DNA from: Phycisphaerae bacterium
Lineage (GTDB): Bacteria > Planctomycetota > Phycisphaerae > UBA1845 > Fen-1342
Length of the DNA stretch: 64,000 nucleotides
Reading direction: 5' to 3'
Assembly (NCBI GenBank): GCA_963666925.2
Contig: CAXXTC010000007.1
Location: 352,001-416,000, forward strand
Shown: piece by piece, positions 33,769 to 43,625 of the stretch
Layout: each line of letters begins with the position of its first letter
How positions within the stretch are numbered: the stretch's first letter is position 1
Made by a program: the position numbers and the translations under genes
The notes under the pieces: model-generated
Database searches by the model: none
The model's input: only the letters and a program-made list of their open reading frames with translations
Told to the model about the DNA's origin: nothing

Positions 33769-35679
33769 CTACAGGAAGTCGAGCAGGGACAGGTTGAGGA
33801 CCATACTTGCCGTTTGGAGGTTCGCTTGCAGTGCTGTTTGCAATTGCTGGAAGCGGACCACGGCATCGGTGTAATCCACATCAGTAACGTCGCTGCGCAG
33901 GATCTGTGCAGCGTCAGTTTCGGCCTCGACGCGCTCCGCGCGCAGGTCCATCATCTGGGCCTGTGAGGCCATGCGACCTTGAACGGTCTGCATTTCCGCC
34001 AGCACGCGATCGAGTCGTTGCGAGGCGGTTGAGATCAGTTGGCGGTCATCAGTTTCGAGCCCTTCGCGCAGCTCGAGCAGCGCGGTGAAGGCGCTGTCGG
34101 TGATGACTTTGTTGACGTCGTCTCCGGTCAACTGGTTGCCGGTTGCGGTGACGTCCAGTCCGAGGTCGATCATGGCGCCGGAGCCGTTGAGGGCCTCGAT
34201 CTGGAACGTGCCGCCGCCGGCGGTTTCGTCGGTGAGCAACAGTCCGTTTCCGGTAGTTACGAAGCTTGCGGTGACGGCTCCGGCTCCGGCGGTGTTGATC
34301 AGGGTGATGACGTCCTGGAGTGTGCGGGCGTTGCTGAGGTCGACGTCGACCACGGTACCATCGCGTGTGGTGATGCGCAGGTCGTCGCCGTCGACGGTGT
34401 CGACGCCGTTGCCGTCGTTGAGTTCGGAGAGATAGGTACCGCCGTACATGGAGCGCAGGCCCAGAGTGGTAGCGACGTTGCCGCCGTTTTCCTCGATGCT
34501 GAGCTCGGTTCCGGAGACGACGCTGAGGATTTCGAGTCGGCGGTCATCGTCGGCGATGCTGGCGGAGACGCCCAGGCCGGTCTGGTTGATGCGGTTGAGC
34601 AGTTCCTCGACGGTGTCGACGCCGGTGAGATTGACCGTGACGACCTGGCTGCCGTTGCGGATGGTGAGTCCGCCGGCGGGGTTGATTCCGCTGCCGGCAA
34701 GGAGGTCGTCGATTTCGGTGCGGAGGGTGAGCTTGGGATCGAGGTCGCCGCCGGCCTGGGCCACCACAGCGAAGGACACGTTAAGTCCCAGGTCTCGTGC
34801 GGTTTGCCCGCCGCTGATGTCGCTGATGGCGACGGTGGTGGGCGGGAGTGTGGTCTGGACTATGGTGATGCCAGTGGTTCCGACGCTGGCGCTGAGTCCG
34901 GTGGGCATCTCGGCATTGAGGCGATCAACGAGGTCGCCGACGGTGGCGGCCCCGCTGAGGTCGATGGTCGTGGTTTCGGTGCCGGCGGTGACCTGGATGC
35001 GACCGAGTGTGACTCCTTCGCCGCTGGTGCCCCGGAGATCGGTGATCAGGGTTTCCGCGTTGAGGGCCGGGTTGAGGTCGACCGCGCCGCGTACTCGGGT
35101 GGAGGCGGCCTGGAAGAACTCGGTGCCGGTGGCGGTGAAGTAGTCGGTGCTCATGTCGGTGTCGACGACGGTGGTGCGGCGCTGGTCGTCACCGGTGTAG
35201 TACACGCCGTCGAAGTCGAAGGAGAAGGGTGCATCCGCGCCCTGGCCGGCGAAGAGATAGGTGTTGAGGTACTTGCGATTGCCGACGGAGACGAGCTGAT
35301 CGAGCAGGCTGTTGACGACGACGGCGAGCGCTTCTCGCTCTTCGGCGCTGTGAGTGTCGTCGACGGTTTCGAGCGAGACGGTGTAGGCCTCGCGGACGAG
35401 GTCGACGGCCTCCTGCATGGCGCTTTCGGTCTCCAGCAGGCAGGCGTTTACGTTGCTGAGGTTGTTCTGGACTTCGGAGAGCTGATCGATGTAGCCGTCG
35501 AGGCTGACGGTCTTCGAGGCGCTCAGCGGGTCCTCGCTGGGGCGCAGGAAGCGTAGCCCGGTGGAGAGTTGGTTCTGTACGCTGTAGAGACTGGTCTGGT
35601 TGGCGCGCAGCGCTTCCTGGAGGTTGAACGCTCGCAGGTTGAAGCTGATGCGTGCCAGATTGACCGGAGTAACACCCAT
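33769..35679 (-). CDS. flgL: Hook-associated protein FlgL (extended central region)
   Basis: QLSTGLRFLRPSEDP, YLFAG, C-terminal LSLLDFL; follows flgK. Confidence 0.9.
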   Translation of the reverse strand: MGVTPVNLARISFNLRAFNLQEALRANQTSLYSVQNQLSTGLRFLRPSEDPLSASKTVSLDGYIDQLSEVQNNLSNVNACLLETESAMQEAVDLVREAYTVSLETVDDTHSAEEREALAVVVNSLLDQLVSVGNRKYLNTYLFAGQGADAPFSFDFDGVYYTGDDQRRTTVVDTDMSTDYFTATGTEFFQAASTRVRGAVDLNPALNAETLITDLRGTSGEGVTLGRIQVTAGTETTTIDLSGAATVGDLVDRLNAEMPTGLSASVGTTGITIVQTTLPPTTVAISDISGGQTARDLGLNVSFAVVAQAGGDLDPKLTLRTEIDDLLAGSGINPAGGLTIRNGSQVVTVNLTGVDTVEELLNRINQTGLGVSASIADDDRRLEILSVVSGTELSIEENGGNVATTLGLRSMYGGTYLSELNDGNGVDTVDGDDLRITTRDGTVVDVDLSNARTLQDVITLINTAGAGAVTASFVTTGNGLLLTDETAGGGTFQIEALNGSGAMIDLGLDVTATGNQLTGDDVNKVITDSAFTALLELREGLETDDRQLISTASQRLDRVLAEMQTVQGRMASQAQMMDLRAERVEAETDAAQILRSDVTDVDYTDAVVRFQQLQTALQANLQTASMVLNLSLLDFL

Positions 35680-35694
35680 GGTCTGTGTCTACCT

Positions 35695-37386
35695 CTACTC
35701 CACCAGGGTCAGCAGTTCGGCGGTGAGGGTGTTGACCACGGTGAGAAACCGCGACGCACCCTCAAAGGCCCGCTCGTACATGGTCAGATTGATGGCTTCC
35801 TCATCGAGGTCGACGCCGCTGATCGACTGGCGCTGGGCGGTCAGGCTGCTGTAGACCGCGTCGGCGGCGATGTACTCGGTTTCGGCGGCCGCCGTGTCGA
35901 TCGCCAAACGGTTGGTGATCGCCTCTTGATAATCGGTGATGCTCAGGGAGCCGAGCAGGTCGCTGGCCGTTGTTCCGACGGCCGCCAGATCGCCGGCGTT
36001 ACTGCCGTCTCCCTGGGCGCCGCTGAGCGACGTAGCGATGAGTTGCGGGTTGTTACGAATGTCGCTGCGGACGTCCATCGTGGTGGCGTTGGTGCCCTCG
36101 AAGAAGTTGCCCAGCCCCAGGGCGGCCAGCACGCCGGAAGTATCCTCGGCGAACGAGAACTCGTAGCCGTCGGTGACGTCGAGCTTGAGTTTCTGGCCCG
36201 ACGTGATGGTCGCGGAGAGCCCGGGGACGGCGTTCAGGTCGACGGCCAGGGCGGTCAGCGTCGTGTCGTCGCCGTTAAGCCCGTCCAGGTCGACCTCGAT
36301 CATCTTGGTTGTGACCTGCCCGGTGAACTTGTCGCGGATACGTACCTGGAAGGTGCCGTTCTGGACCGGGTAGGTCAGGCCGGCGTCAGTCGTATCGAGC
36401 GCTACCGTGACGTCAGCCATGGCGAAAGTGCTGGTTTGAGATTCGTACGCGACCAGTCCGCAGCCCTGGCTGTGAACTCGGTTGACCTCATAGATGATTG
36501 CCTGGGCGAGCGTGTCGAGCTGGTTGAGCTGGTCGACGACGTAGGTGTCGCGTGCTTCCAGCGTCGCCGCCAGGCGGCCGTCGCTCATGATGACGGTGCC
36601 GTTGTTGTCGGCGAACCTTACGCTGACGCGTTCGAGCCCGTCTTCGGTGATGGTCTCGGTGGTCAGTCCGCGTGAGTGGCCGAAGTCGACCAGCGGTTCG
36701 CTGCCGACGTAGACGTTGATCACGCCGTTGTCGTACTGGCGTGTCTGGATGTCCACGAGCTCGGCCAGCTCGCGGAGGCAGGCGTCGCGCTGGTCGCGCA
36801 GCGAGCTGGACTGGCCGGTGCCGCTGCCCTCGGCGGTTACGATTCGCTGGTTGAGGTCGGCAATCTGCTCAGCCAGGCCGTTGGCGGTCTCGGCCATGTC
36901 CCGGGCCGAGCTGTTAAGGTCTTCGATTTCGGTGAGCAGCCCGCTGCGTTGTTGCTGTAGTGTGCGGATGACCGCATCGGCGGATGAGATGACCAGCTCG
37001 CGGCTGGCGTACTCGAGCGGATCGGTCTGTAGCTGGGCGAAGCTGCCGAAGAACTCGCTGAGCTGCGTGGAGAGGTCGGTGTCGCTGAGTTCGTTGTAGA
37101 GTGATTCGATGGAGCTGAGGGTGGTGTGGATGGTCTCAGCGCCGGAGCGCTGGCCGAGTGAGCTGCGCAAGCGTGCTTCGAGCGCTTCGTCGACGTGTCG
37201 TTGGAGAGCGTTGACCTCGACGCCCGTGGCCGTTGAGCCGGTCGACCGGGCGGCCAGGTGTGCGCTCTGCCGGGCGTAGTCGCTGTTACCGACGTTGGCG
37301 ATGTTCTGGCCGACGACGGAAATGGCGGCCTGATACGCCGTCAGTGCGCTACGCCCGATCTCGAATGATGCTCCCATGATTGCCAT
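35695..37386 (-). CDS. flgK: Hook-associated protein FlgK
   Basis: GQNIANVGNSDYARQ, LRDQRD, SGVDLDEEA. Confidence 0.95.
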   Translation of the reverse strand: MAIMGASFEIGRSALTAYQAAISVVGQNIANVGNSDYARQSAHLAARSTGSTATGVEVNALQRHVDEALEARLRSSLGQRSGAETIHTTLSSIESLYNELSDTDLSTQLSEFFGSFAQLQTDPLEYASRELVISSADAVIRTLQQQRSGLLTEIEDLNSSARDMAETANGLAEQIADLNQRIVTAEGSGTGQSSSLRDQRDACLRELAELVDIQTRQYDNGVINVYVGSEPLVDFGHSRGLTTETITEDGLERVSVRFADNNGTVIMSDGRLAATLEARDTYVVDQLNQLDTLAQAIIYEVNRVHSQGCGLVAYESQTSTFAMADVTVALDTTDAGLTYPVQNGTFQVRIRDKFTGQVTTKMIEVDLDGLNGDDTTLTALAVDLNAVPGLSATITSGQKLKLDVTDGYEFSFAEDTSGVLAALGLGNFFEGTNATTMDVRSDIRNNPQLIATSLSGAQGDGSNAGDLAAVGTTASDLLGSLSITDYQEAITNRLAIDTAAAETEYIAADAVYSSLTAQRQSISGVDLDEEAINLTMYERAFEGASRFLTVVNTLTAELLTLVE

Positions 37387-37389
37387 GGC

Positions 37390-37950
37390 TTATCCGACTG
37401 CGTCTACCCACTGTTGTTTGGTGTGCATTTGATGGCTGCCCTGGGGGCCATACCCAACGGATTCCTGTCCGGCCTGCATAAGTGCGCCGAGAACATAGCG
37501 CACATGACCATGCAGACGCTGTGCCACAGTTGCGACGGTTTCGTTTTTTTTGCGTAATTCGTGAGCGATTCGTTCGAGAGCCACGCTACGAGCCCGCAAC
37601 GCGGAGGACTCGGGCTCACGCAGGTGCTCGGCGAGTTGGCGCAGGCTGATCTTGCGCACGTCTACACCCGGCAGGGTCTGCGCCAGTCGCGCAAGAGCCG
37701 CACCGCGACCCTGCGCGGCCCGGAAGACCTGTTCGAGCAGTTCCTGCTCGCGAGCGGCACAGGAGTCGAGCATGTCGCTGTCGGCGGCGCGGAGGGCGGT
37801 GAGCTTGCGCTGTGCCAATTCGAGCAGTTGCGTCAGCAGTGTGTGCAATTGTTGCAGGTAGCTGAGCAACTCCGCGGCGCTGGCTGGGCTGGCGGACGCA
37901 TCCCGGCCGGCCGGTCGGTCGGCGGTTGGGTTTGACGGGCGGCGGTTCAC
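37390..37950 (-). CDS. flgN: FlgN-like flagellar export chaperone
   Basis: Helical protein directly upstream of flgK, with a C-terminal YG..G motif. Confidence 0.7.
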   Translation of the reverse strand: MNRRPSNPTADRPAGRDASASPASAAELLSYLQQLHTLLTQLLELAQRKLTALRAADSDMLDSCAAREQELLEQVFRAAQGRGAALARLAQTLPGVDVRKISLRQLAEHLREPESSALRARSVALERIAHELRKKNETVATVAQRLHGHVRYVLGALMQAGQESVGYGPQGSHQMHTKQQWVDAVG

Positions 37951-38390
37951 GAATCACCTCGCTGCGGAGTGCTGGTGGTCACCTGCAATTCGGTCTGCCA
38001 AGTGGCGTGGTCGGCGGTGGGGGTGGGCGTTGCGGGCTGAAGCTGTTCGGTGATCTGCCGGGCCAGGCCGGTGTTGCTGTCGGCGACGATGTCGGCGACG
38101 CGCTGGTCGAGCTGCTCGCCGAATACCGACTCGGTATAGCCGCCGGTGGCGAGCTCGCGTCCAAAGGGGAATTTTCGCATTTCGGCGAGCACGGGCTTGA
38201 AGAAGAGCTCGGAGACCATGTTGGCGGCGGCCTGGCGGACGACGCCGGGGTCGGCGTGGTCTAGCTTGCGTCCCATGGCCAGCGAGGCGCGGATCGCGTC
38301 GGGTGACAGTCCGGTCCCGGTGCGGGCGGCCTGTGTGACGAGCACGCTGGCGGGGGTGGTCAGAGTGTTGTCGACGGCGGTGATCGCCAT
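37947..38390 (-). CDS. flgJ: Rod-binding (FlgJ N-terminal-like) protein
   Basis: VRQAA...FFKPVLAEMRK...GG..E.VF..QLDQ...GLA..I..QL; follows flgI. Confidence 0.7.
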   Translation of the reverse strand: MAITAVDNTLTTPASVLVTQAARTGTGLSPDAIRASLAMGRKLDHADPGVVRQAAANMVSELFFKPVLAEMRKFPFGRELATGGYTESVFGEQLDQRVADIVADSNTGLARQITEQLQPATPTPTADHATWQTELQVTTSTPQRGDS

Positions 38391-38405
38391 AACGCTTGAG
38401 CCTCG

Positions 38406-39488
38406 CTATTCGTACTGGAGCTGCGCGTGCAGCGTGCCGGTCTTGTGGAGGTGTTCGATGGCATCGATGAGCTGGTCGGGTGTGACCTTGATGGCCGATA
38501 ACGTTTCGAGCAGCTCGTCAAAACCGACTTCCTCGTTTGCGCCGACGTCCTGCTCCGATTGCTTGCCGATGAGGACGGTGCCGACGCGCGGGATTTGCAG
38601 GATGGTCGGCGACACGGTGACAGTTCCGGTAAAAGCGACGTTTCCGGTGGTACGGTTGATGATCACGCGGGCCTGTTGCCGAGGCAGCATGAAGAGCCGG
38701 GTTTGGAGGACTCGGCTGATGAAGTTCGCCGGGTTGGCCAGCTCGTACGACGGGATGCGTACGGAGATGTTCTTGGGTCCCAGGGCGACGGCGGGGGGTG
38801 TGTCGACTACCTGTTGCCCGGGTCGGGCGGACGCCTGGCTGGTGCCGGGGTTGGTCAATTCGTGATTGATGGCGCGGGCGACCATGTGTGACCAGGTCCA
38901 GCCGGCATGAGTGTCTTCGAGCACGAGCGTGATGCAGTCGTCATCAATGAAGTTGTAGAAGAAGTCCTGTTCGAGGACCGCGCCACCGTGGATAACGCCG
39001 CGCGTCTGTGATTCGCTGTTCGGCAGCTCCACTTGGCCGCCGGCCAGGGCCATGATGTACTGTGTGGCCGGGTCTTTTTCGTCGAACATGGCGTATTGCA
39101 GCGGCGTGGTGAGCAACTGCCCGCCTTTGAGGCTCTGGCACGATCCGATCACGGAAACGACCACGTCGACGGCCTGGCCTTCGCGGCTGCCGTTTTCGGG
39201 GATGGTCGCCTCCACCGCCACCAGGGCGACGCTGTTGTTGCCCTTCAGGTCGGCGTCGGTCAGCACCGGGGCGTGATAGCGCTGTTGCAGGCGCATCAGG
39301 GCCCGCATGGTGGGCAGATATTTTTCGCCGTCGCCCGTGCCGTTGAGGCCGACTACCAGGCCATAGCCCATGATCTTGTTGATGCGTTGACCCTGGAGGC
39401 GGGCGACGTCCTGCACCAGCACTTCGCCCACAGCGGGCAGGGTTAGCAGTCCGACCAGCAGCACACAAGTTGTTCGGATCAGCCTCAT
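38406..39488 (-). CDS. flgI: Flagellar P-ring protein
   Basis: GYGLVVGLNGTGD, SLKGGQLLTTPL, ARVIINRTTG. Confidence 0.93.
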   Translation of the reverse strand: MRLIRTTCVLLVGLLTLPAVGEVLVQDVARLQGQRINKIMGYGLVVGLNGTGDGEKYLPTMRALMRLQQRYHAPVLTDADLKGNNSVALVAVEATIPENGSREGQAVDVVVSVIGSCQSLKGGQLLTTPLQYAMFDEKDPATQYIMALAGGQVELPNSESQTRGVIHGGAVLEQDFFYNFIDDDCITLVLEDTHAGWTWSHMVARAINHELTNPGTSQASARPGQQVVDTPPAVALGPKNISVRIPSYELANPANFISRVLQTRLFMLPRQQARVIINRTTGNVAFTGTVTVSPTILQIPRVGTVLIGKQSEQDVGANEEVGFDELLETLSAIKVTPDQLIDAIEHLHKTGTLHAQLQYE

Positions 39489-39552
39489 TTACAAACCTCT
39501 TCCCAGACGTCCGCGGTTGCAATCGTGCCCGCGGGGTGTCTCAGCGCAGTGC

Positions 39553-40359
39553 TCAGAAGGGGCGCAACAAATCGAACCCGCGCATCAGCCAGCCGCGGCG
39601 GGTGGCGTCGTTGACGGCGCCGCGATCCACCACGCGGATCTCGAGGTCGGCGATCTGCGAGCTGAGAACGGTGTTCTCGGCGGTCACGTCGCGGCTGCGG
39701 CACACGCCGGTCAGCGCGATGGTGTAGTCTTCCTCGCCGAAGCAGACGGTGTTGGTGGCTTCGAGCACGAGGTTTCCGTTGGGTTTGACGTCGATCACGC
39801 GGGCCTGGACGCGCGTGGTTAGCGAGTCTTTACGGTCATATTTGCCGTCACCGCCGTAGTCGTTTTTCAGATCGAACGCGACCGACGGCGTACCGTGCGA
39901 GAGGCTGGCCGGCACGATGCCGTGCAGGTCGCTGAATCGAATCCACTCGTCCAGGGCCCATTCGTGGGTCCAGTCCTTTTTGGATTCGAGCTTGGCGTTA
40001 CTCTTGGCGGTTTTGCTGACGCGGACGATGATGGTGACCAGATCGTGGACGCGGATCTTCTCGGTCTGGGGCATCTCGACGGCAAATGGTGAGCAGTTCA
40101 GCAGCACGACATTAGGCTGTGGTTCGGGTTCCTCCTGCCGAAACGCGGCGCGGGGGGAGCCGACCAGTCCCAGTGCGGGCGCTGCGAGGACTCCGCCGGC
40201 GGGCTGGGTGGTTGGCACTTGGTGTGCCGTGGGTTGGTTCCGCGGGCTACGGTGGAGCAGCGAGTTGCTCTGGGCCGTCGCCGGCGCGCCGCACAGGCCG
40301 CATAACATCACGACGAGTACGGGTGGCAGGGCGGTTAAATGGTGTCTGTGTGCAATCAT
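39553..40359 (-). CDS. flgH: Flagellar L-ring protein
   Basis: DLVTIIV, VIDVKPNGNLVLE, NTVLSSQIADL, GWL...PF. Confidence 0.93.
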   Translation of the reverse strand: MIAHRHHLTALPPVLVVMLCGLCGAPATAQSNSLLHRSPRNQPTAHQVPTTQPAGGVLAAPALGLVGSPRAAFRQEEPEPQPNVVLLNCSPFAVEMPQTEKIRVHDLVTIIVRVSKTAKSNAKLESKKDWTHEWALDEWIRFSDLHGIVPASLSHGTPSVAFDLKNDYGGDGKYDRKDSLTTRVQARVIDVKPNGNLVLEATNTVCFGEEDYTIALTGVCRSRDVTAENTVLSSQIADLEIRVVDRGAVNDATRRGWLMRGFDLLRPF

Positions 40360-41420
40360 CAGAGACTGCCCTCCGCGATGCGGACGGTGGCGAGTCCGGT
40401 CACCACGCCGCGTAGCATTTGTCGATCGCGCCGGTCGGCGCCGACGCGGACACGTACGACCTCACCGTAGCCGCCGGAATCGAGGGCCATCCCGGTCAGA
40501 CGTACCTGGACGGCCGAGCCGTTACCGACGACGGTGACGGGTCTCGATCGGCGGACGAGGTCGACGGATTTGATTGATTTTCCGGTGACCATTTCGCCGA
40601 CGGGCACGAACTGCTGGACCTGCTGTCCAACAACCTCTTCGAGCTGTCCCATGCCGAGGTCGTCGCCGGCGCCGAACACGCGAGATTCGAGCGTGATGTC
40701 AGCTCGGCGGACGTAGTTGCCGAGGCTCAGCGGGCGCTGGGCGACTACGACCTCGCGTGTCATTCCGACCCGCACGAAGATCTGTACGGTGCGTTGCACC
40801 TTGCCGTCGCGCCGGATGACCACGCGATACTCGCGCAGCCCCAGTGGGCCGCTGTGGCCGGCGGCTGTAACGTTGAACTGCCACGGCGGCGTGGTCAGGT
40901 CGAGGTACTCCGCACCGGCGCGTTCGAATTCGACGTGGGCCTCGCCGCCCAGTTCGGCCAGCTCGGCGTTGATGTGGGTGCGCAGGATCTCTGCCAGCGT
41001 TCGGGCCCCGTCTACGTGTCGGCTGATCGGGCGCAGCAACGGCGCGCTCGCAGTGTTCGCCGCGGATTGTGCCGGGTCGGTCGGCAGCCTTTCCTGGCGT
41101 TCGATCTGGCAGCGCCAGGCGCCGCTGAGCAGTATCTGGGACAGGTTGACTCCCAGCTCGTCCAGCCGCTGGACGACCTGGTCGTGCGTGACGCAGGTCG
41201 AGCGCTGGCGCTGCGCTAGCGCGGCGACGCGCTCGTTTTCGAGCCGTTGCACGAGGTGTTCGTCGGCTCCGCTGAGGAGCAGGACGTCGCCCAGCCGGAC
41301 GGTATCGGTGTAGACCACCGCGCGTGGTCGCAGGCGGAGTTTCTGCACGTCGGGTTGTGCGGCCGGCGTGGTCGCTCCAGCGAACGCTGCCAGCAGCAGT
41401 GGAACCAGGTATCGTTTCAT
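40359..41420 (-). CDS. flgA: P-ring formation chaperone FlgA
   Basis: Signal peptide, SAF-like region, G.ALDSGGYGEVVRV; lies between flgG and flgH. Confidence 0.85.
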   Translation of the reverse strand: MKRYLVPLLLAAFAGATTPAAQPDVQKLRLRPRAVVYTDTVRLGDVLLLSGADEHLVQRLENERVAALAQRQRSTCVTHDQVVQRLDELGVNLSQILLSGAWRCQIERQERLPTDPAQSAANTASAPLLRPISRHVDGARTLAEILRTHINAELAELGGEAHVEFERAGAEYLDLTTPPWQFNVTAAGHSGPLGLREYRVVIRRDGKVQRTVQIFVRVGMTREVVVAQRPLSLGNYVRRADITLESRVFGAGDDLGMGQLEEVVGQQVQQFVPVGEMVTGKSIKSVDLVRRSRPVTVVGNGSAVQVRLTGMALDSGGYGEVVRVRVGADRRDRQMLRGVVTGLATVRIAEGSL

Positions 41421-41454
41421 CAGCTCACCTCCACGAGCTCCTCAGACACGTTCA

Positions 41455-42255
41455 CTAGCGCCGCAGGTTGGCGACGACTTGCAGTGACTCGTCGGCGGCC
41501 TGGATGGTTTGCGAGTTCATCTGGAAGACGCGTTGCGTCTTGATCAGCTCGACCAGCTCGGTCACCGCTTCGGTATTGCTTTGTTCCAGGTGTGAAGCCA
41601 GGATTCGTCCCAGGCCGTTTTCGCCGGCCGCACCCTCGACGGCTTCGCCGGAGGATTCGGTCGCAATGAAGATGTTGGCGCCGTCCTGGAGCAGGCCGGC
41701 GGGGTTCACGAAGCGTGCCAGTTGGAGCTGGCCCAATTCCGTTTGCTGCCCGGTGTCGTCAGTGGCTACGATCCGCCCGTCCGCGGTGATGCCGAGCTTG
41801 TTGTTGGGGACGTCTTCAGGGATGGTTGGGCTGTCGCGCAGCCGGTAGCCCATGCTGTTGCCGAGCACCAATTCACCGTCGGCGTTGCGGATGAAGTTGC
41901 CGGCCCGGGTGTAGCCGATGCCCCCGCCGGGGAGTTCGACCTGGAAGAACCCGTCGCCTTCAATCATCGCGTCCAGCGGCTCGCCGGTCTGCAAGGCGGA
42001 GCCCTGCGTGAACATGATCTGGGTGTTGGCGAGCGCCACTCCCAGGCCGATCTGTGTTCCCAGCGGCGAATAGCTCTCGTCGCTGGTCTGCACGCCCGGC
42101 TGGGCGCGGAGCTGGTAGAGCAGGTCCTGGAAGTTGGCCCGGGACGATTTGAACCCGTGGGTGTCGGCGTTAGCGATGTTGTTCGCGATGACGTCGATCT
42201 TGGTTGACAGGGCCTGCATCCCCGTCGCGGCCGTATGTAGCGCGGTGATCGCCAT
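41455..42255 (-). CDS. flgG: Distal rod protein FlgG
   Basis: IANNIANADTHGFK, FQDLLYQ, YTRAGNF, LEQSN. Confidence 0.95.
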   Translation of the reverse strand: MAITALHTAATGMQALSTKIDVIANNIANADTHGFKSSRANFQDLLYQLRAQPGVQTSDESYSPLGTQIGLGVALANTQIMFTQGSALQTGEPLDAMIEGDGFFQVELPGGGIGYTRAGNFIRNADGELVLGNSMGYRLRDSPTIPEDVPNNKLGITADGRIVATDDTGQQTELGQLQLARFVNPAGLLQDGANIFIATESSGEAVEGAAGENGLGRILASHLEQSNTEAVTELVELIKTQRVFQMNSQTIQAADESLQVVANLRR

Positions 42256-42339
42256 GCTACTGCGTCCTCCTGGTTAGCGCTGCCGCGGCGAACTGGCGCC
42301 GCGGATTGAACACACCTGTCAGCACACGCCGCCCGGGCA

Positions 42340-43092
42340 TCAGACCCGCAGCGTCGAGTTGATCAACTGGCTGACGGACTGGTCCTGGAGCGAGACCATC
42401 TGGGCGTTGAGCTGATACGCCCGCGATGCTTCGATCATGCTCACCAGTTCCGTCAGAGGTTTGACCCCGGACCCCTCCGTGAAGCCCGAGCGCAGCCGGC
42501 CTGGGGCGGCCTGGGCCGCGTCGTCCGGTGCGGCAAAGCGCGATGAATCGACTTTGCGGAGGCTTGAATAGTCGTTGAAGTCCACCAGTTGAAGTTGGCC
42601 GGCCAGCCGGCTGTCCTGGTATACGCGTCCGTCCTCGTCGATTTGGGGCTGGCTGCCGTAACGATTGAGAATCACCGGCACGCCGCCGATCCCCAGCAGC
42701 GGGGCACCGTCGGTCACGGACACGAGTAGACCGTCGGTGTCCATCATCATTCGGCCGTCGCGCGTGTAGAGCGTCTGGCCGTCGTCTGCGACCGCGAAGA
42801 AGCCCGGCCCGTCGATGGCCAGGTCGAGCTCGTTGCCGGTTTGCAGTTTGGTGGCCGGGCTGAAATCGGTCTGTGTGGTGCCCAGCCAGAGTCCACCGGA
42901 CAGATCCGCGACGGTTGGATCGCTGGGTCCGTTACGGATCCCGGCGTTGGCGGCGGGTATTCGCTCGGCGAAGACAGCGATATCGCGTTTGAATCCGACG
43001 GTTTCGGCATTGGCGATGTTGTTGGCGAGCACGCTCTGGCGATACTCGTTGACCATCATGCCGGCGGCGGAGTTGTAGAGCCCATAGATCAT
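42340..43092 (-). CDS. flgF: Proximal rod protein FlgF
   Basis: MIYGLY, ANNIANAETVGFK, TGNELDLAIDGPGFF, YTRDG. Confidence 0.88.
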   Translation of the reverse strand: MIYGLYNSAAGMMVNEYRQSVLANNIANAETVGFKRDIAVFAERIPAANAGIRNGPSDPTVADLSGGLWLGTTQTDFSPATKLQTGNELDLAIDGPGFFAVADDGQTLYTRDGRMMMDTDGLLVSVTDGAPLLGIGGVPVILNRYGSQPQIDEDGRVYQDSRLAGQLQLVDFNDYSSLRKVDSSRFAAPDDAAQAAPGRLRSGFTEGSGVKPLTELVSMIEASRAYQLNAQMVSLQDQSVSQLINSTLRV

Positions 43093-43358
43093 GGCTGGCC
43101 CTCCGGATGTGGAGCCGGGACGACGGGGGTGGCGGAATTGTCCTGACTGTCGGCGAGATCATCCGTGAAACGCCGCCAGGCCTGCGCCATCACCCGTCGT
43201 CCCAGTTGACTCCAGTCCCGCAGGAGAGCGTTTTCGTCCGTCGCCTGGTTGTGCTCCTGAGGCACTTGGTCGCCGGACGGTTGGCCAAGGATCGACCGTG
43301 TGTGTTGACACGAATTGCGAAGCTGTCGGTCCATGCCGCGACTCCATCGCTGGGTCAT
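43089..43358 (-). CDS. Small hypothetical protein at the head of the flg operon
   Basis: Stop overlaps the flgF start (ATGA); lies downstream of a sigma54-like site; start uncertain. Confidence 0.4.
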   Translation of the reverse strand: MTQRWSRGMDRQLRNSCQHTRSILGQPSGDQVPQEHNQATDENALLRDWSQLGRRVMAQAWRRFTDDLADSQDNSATPVVPAPHPEGQP

Positions 43359-43412
43359 GGTGCATGATCCGCGTCCGTGCGGTCCGACCGTGCACCACGT
43401 GATGGAGTGGAG

Positions 43413-43427
43413 GCAGACGGCGTGCCA
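43413..43427 (-). promoter_or_regulatory. Putative sigma54 (-24/-12) promoter of the flg operon
   Basis: Minus strand TGGCACGCCGTCTGC with correct GG-N10-GC spacing. Confidence 0.6.
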
Positions 43428-43625
43428 GAGCTGTCTCCGGCCCGCGTGTTGTGACGGTGATGTGTCTATAAGCTTATGTTATGTAAGCTCTTACGAAAGG
43501 CGGAATTGTGTCCTTGGCGGGGTGGGGCGATTGGTGCTGGCGTGGCCGTCGCTGCACTACCTGCGCCCGGCGCGCAGAAGCTGCGGCCGGACGAAGTGGG
43601 CCGACTGTCTTGCGGGGGCGGCGGG

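Noticed and set aside
34039..35556. Long antisense ORFs (also 2062-3342, 21913-23265, 24358-25980, 28729-29994 and others)
   Set aside because: Shadow frames of well-supported genes in high-GC DNA, with no recognisable motifs.
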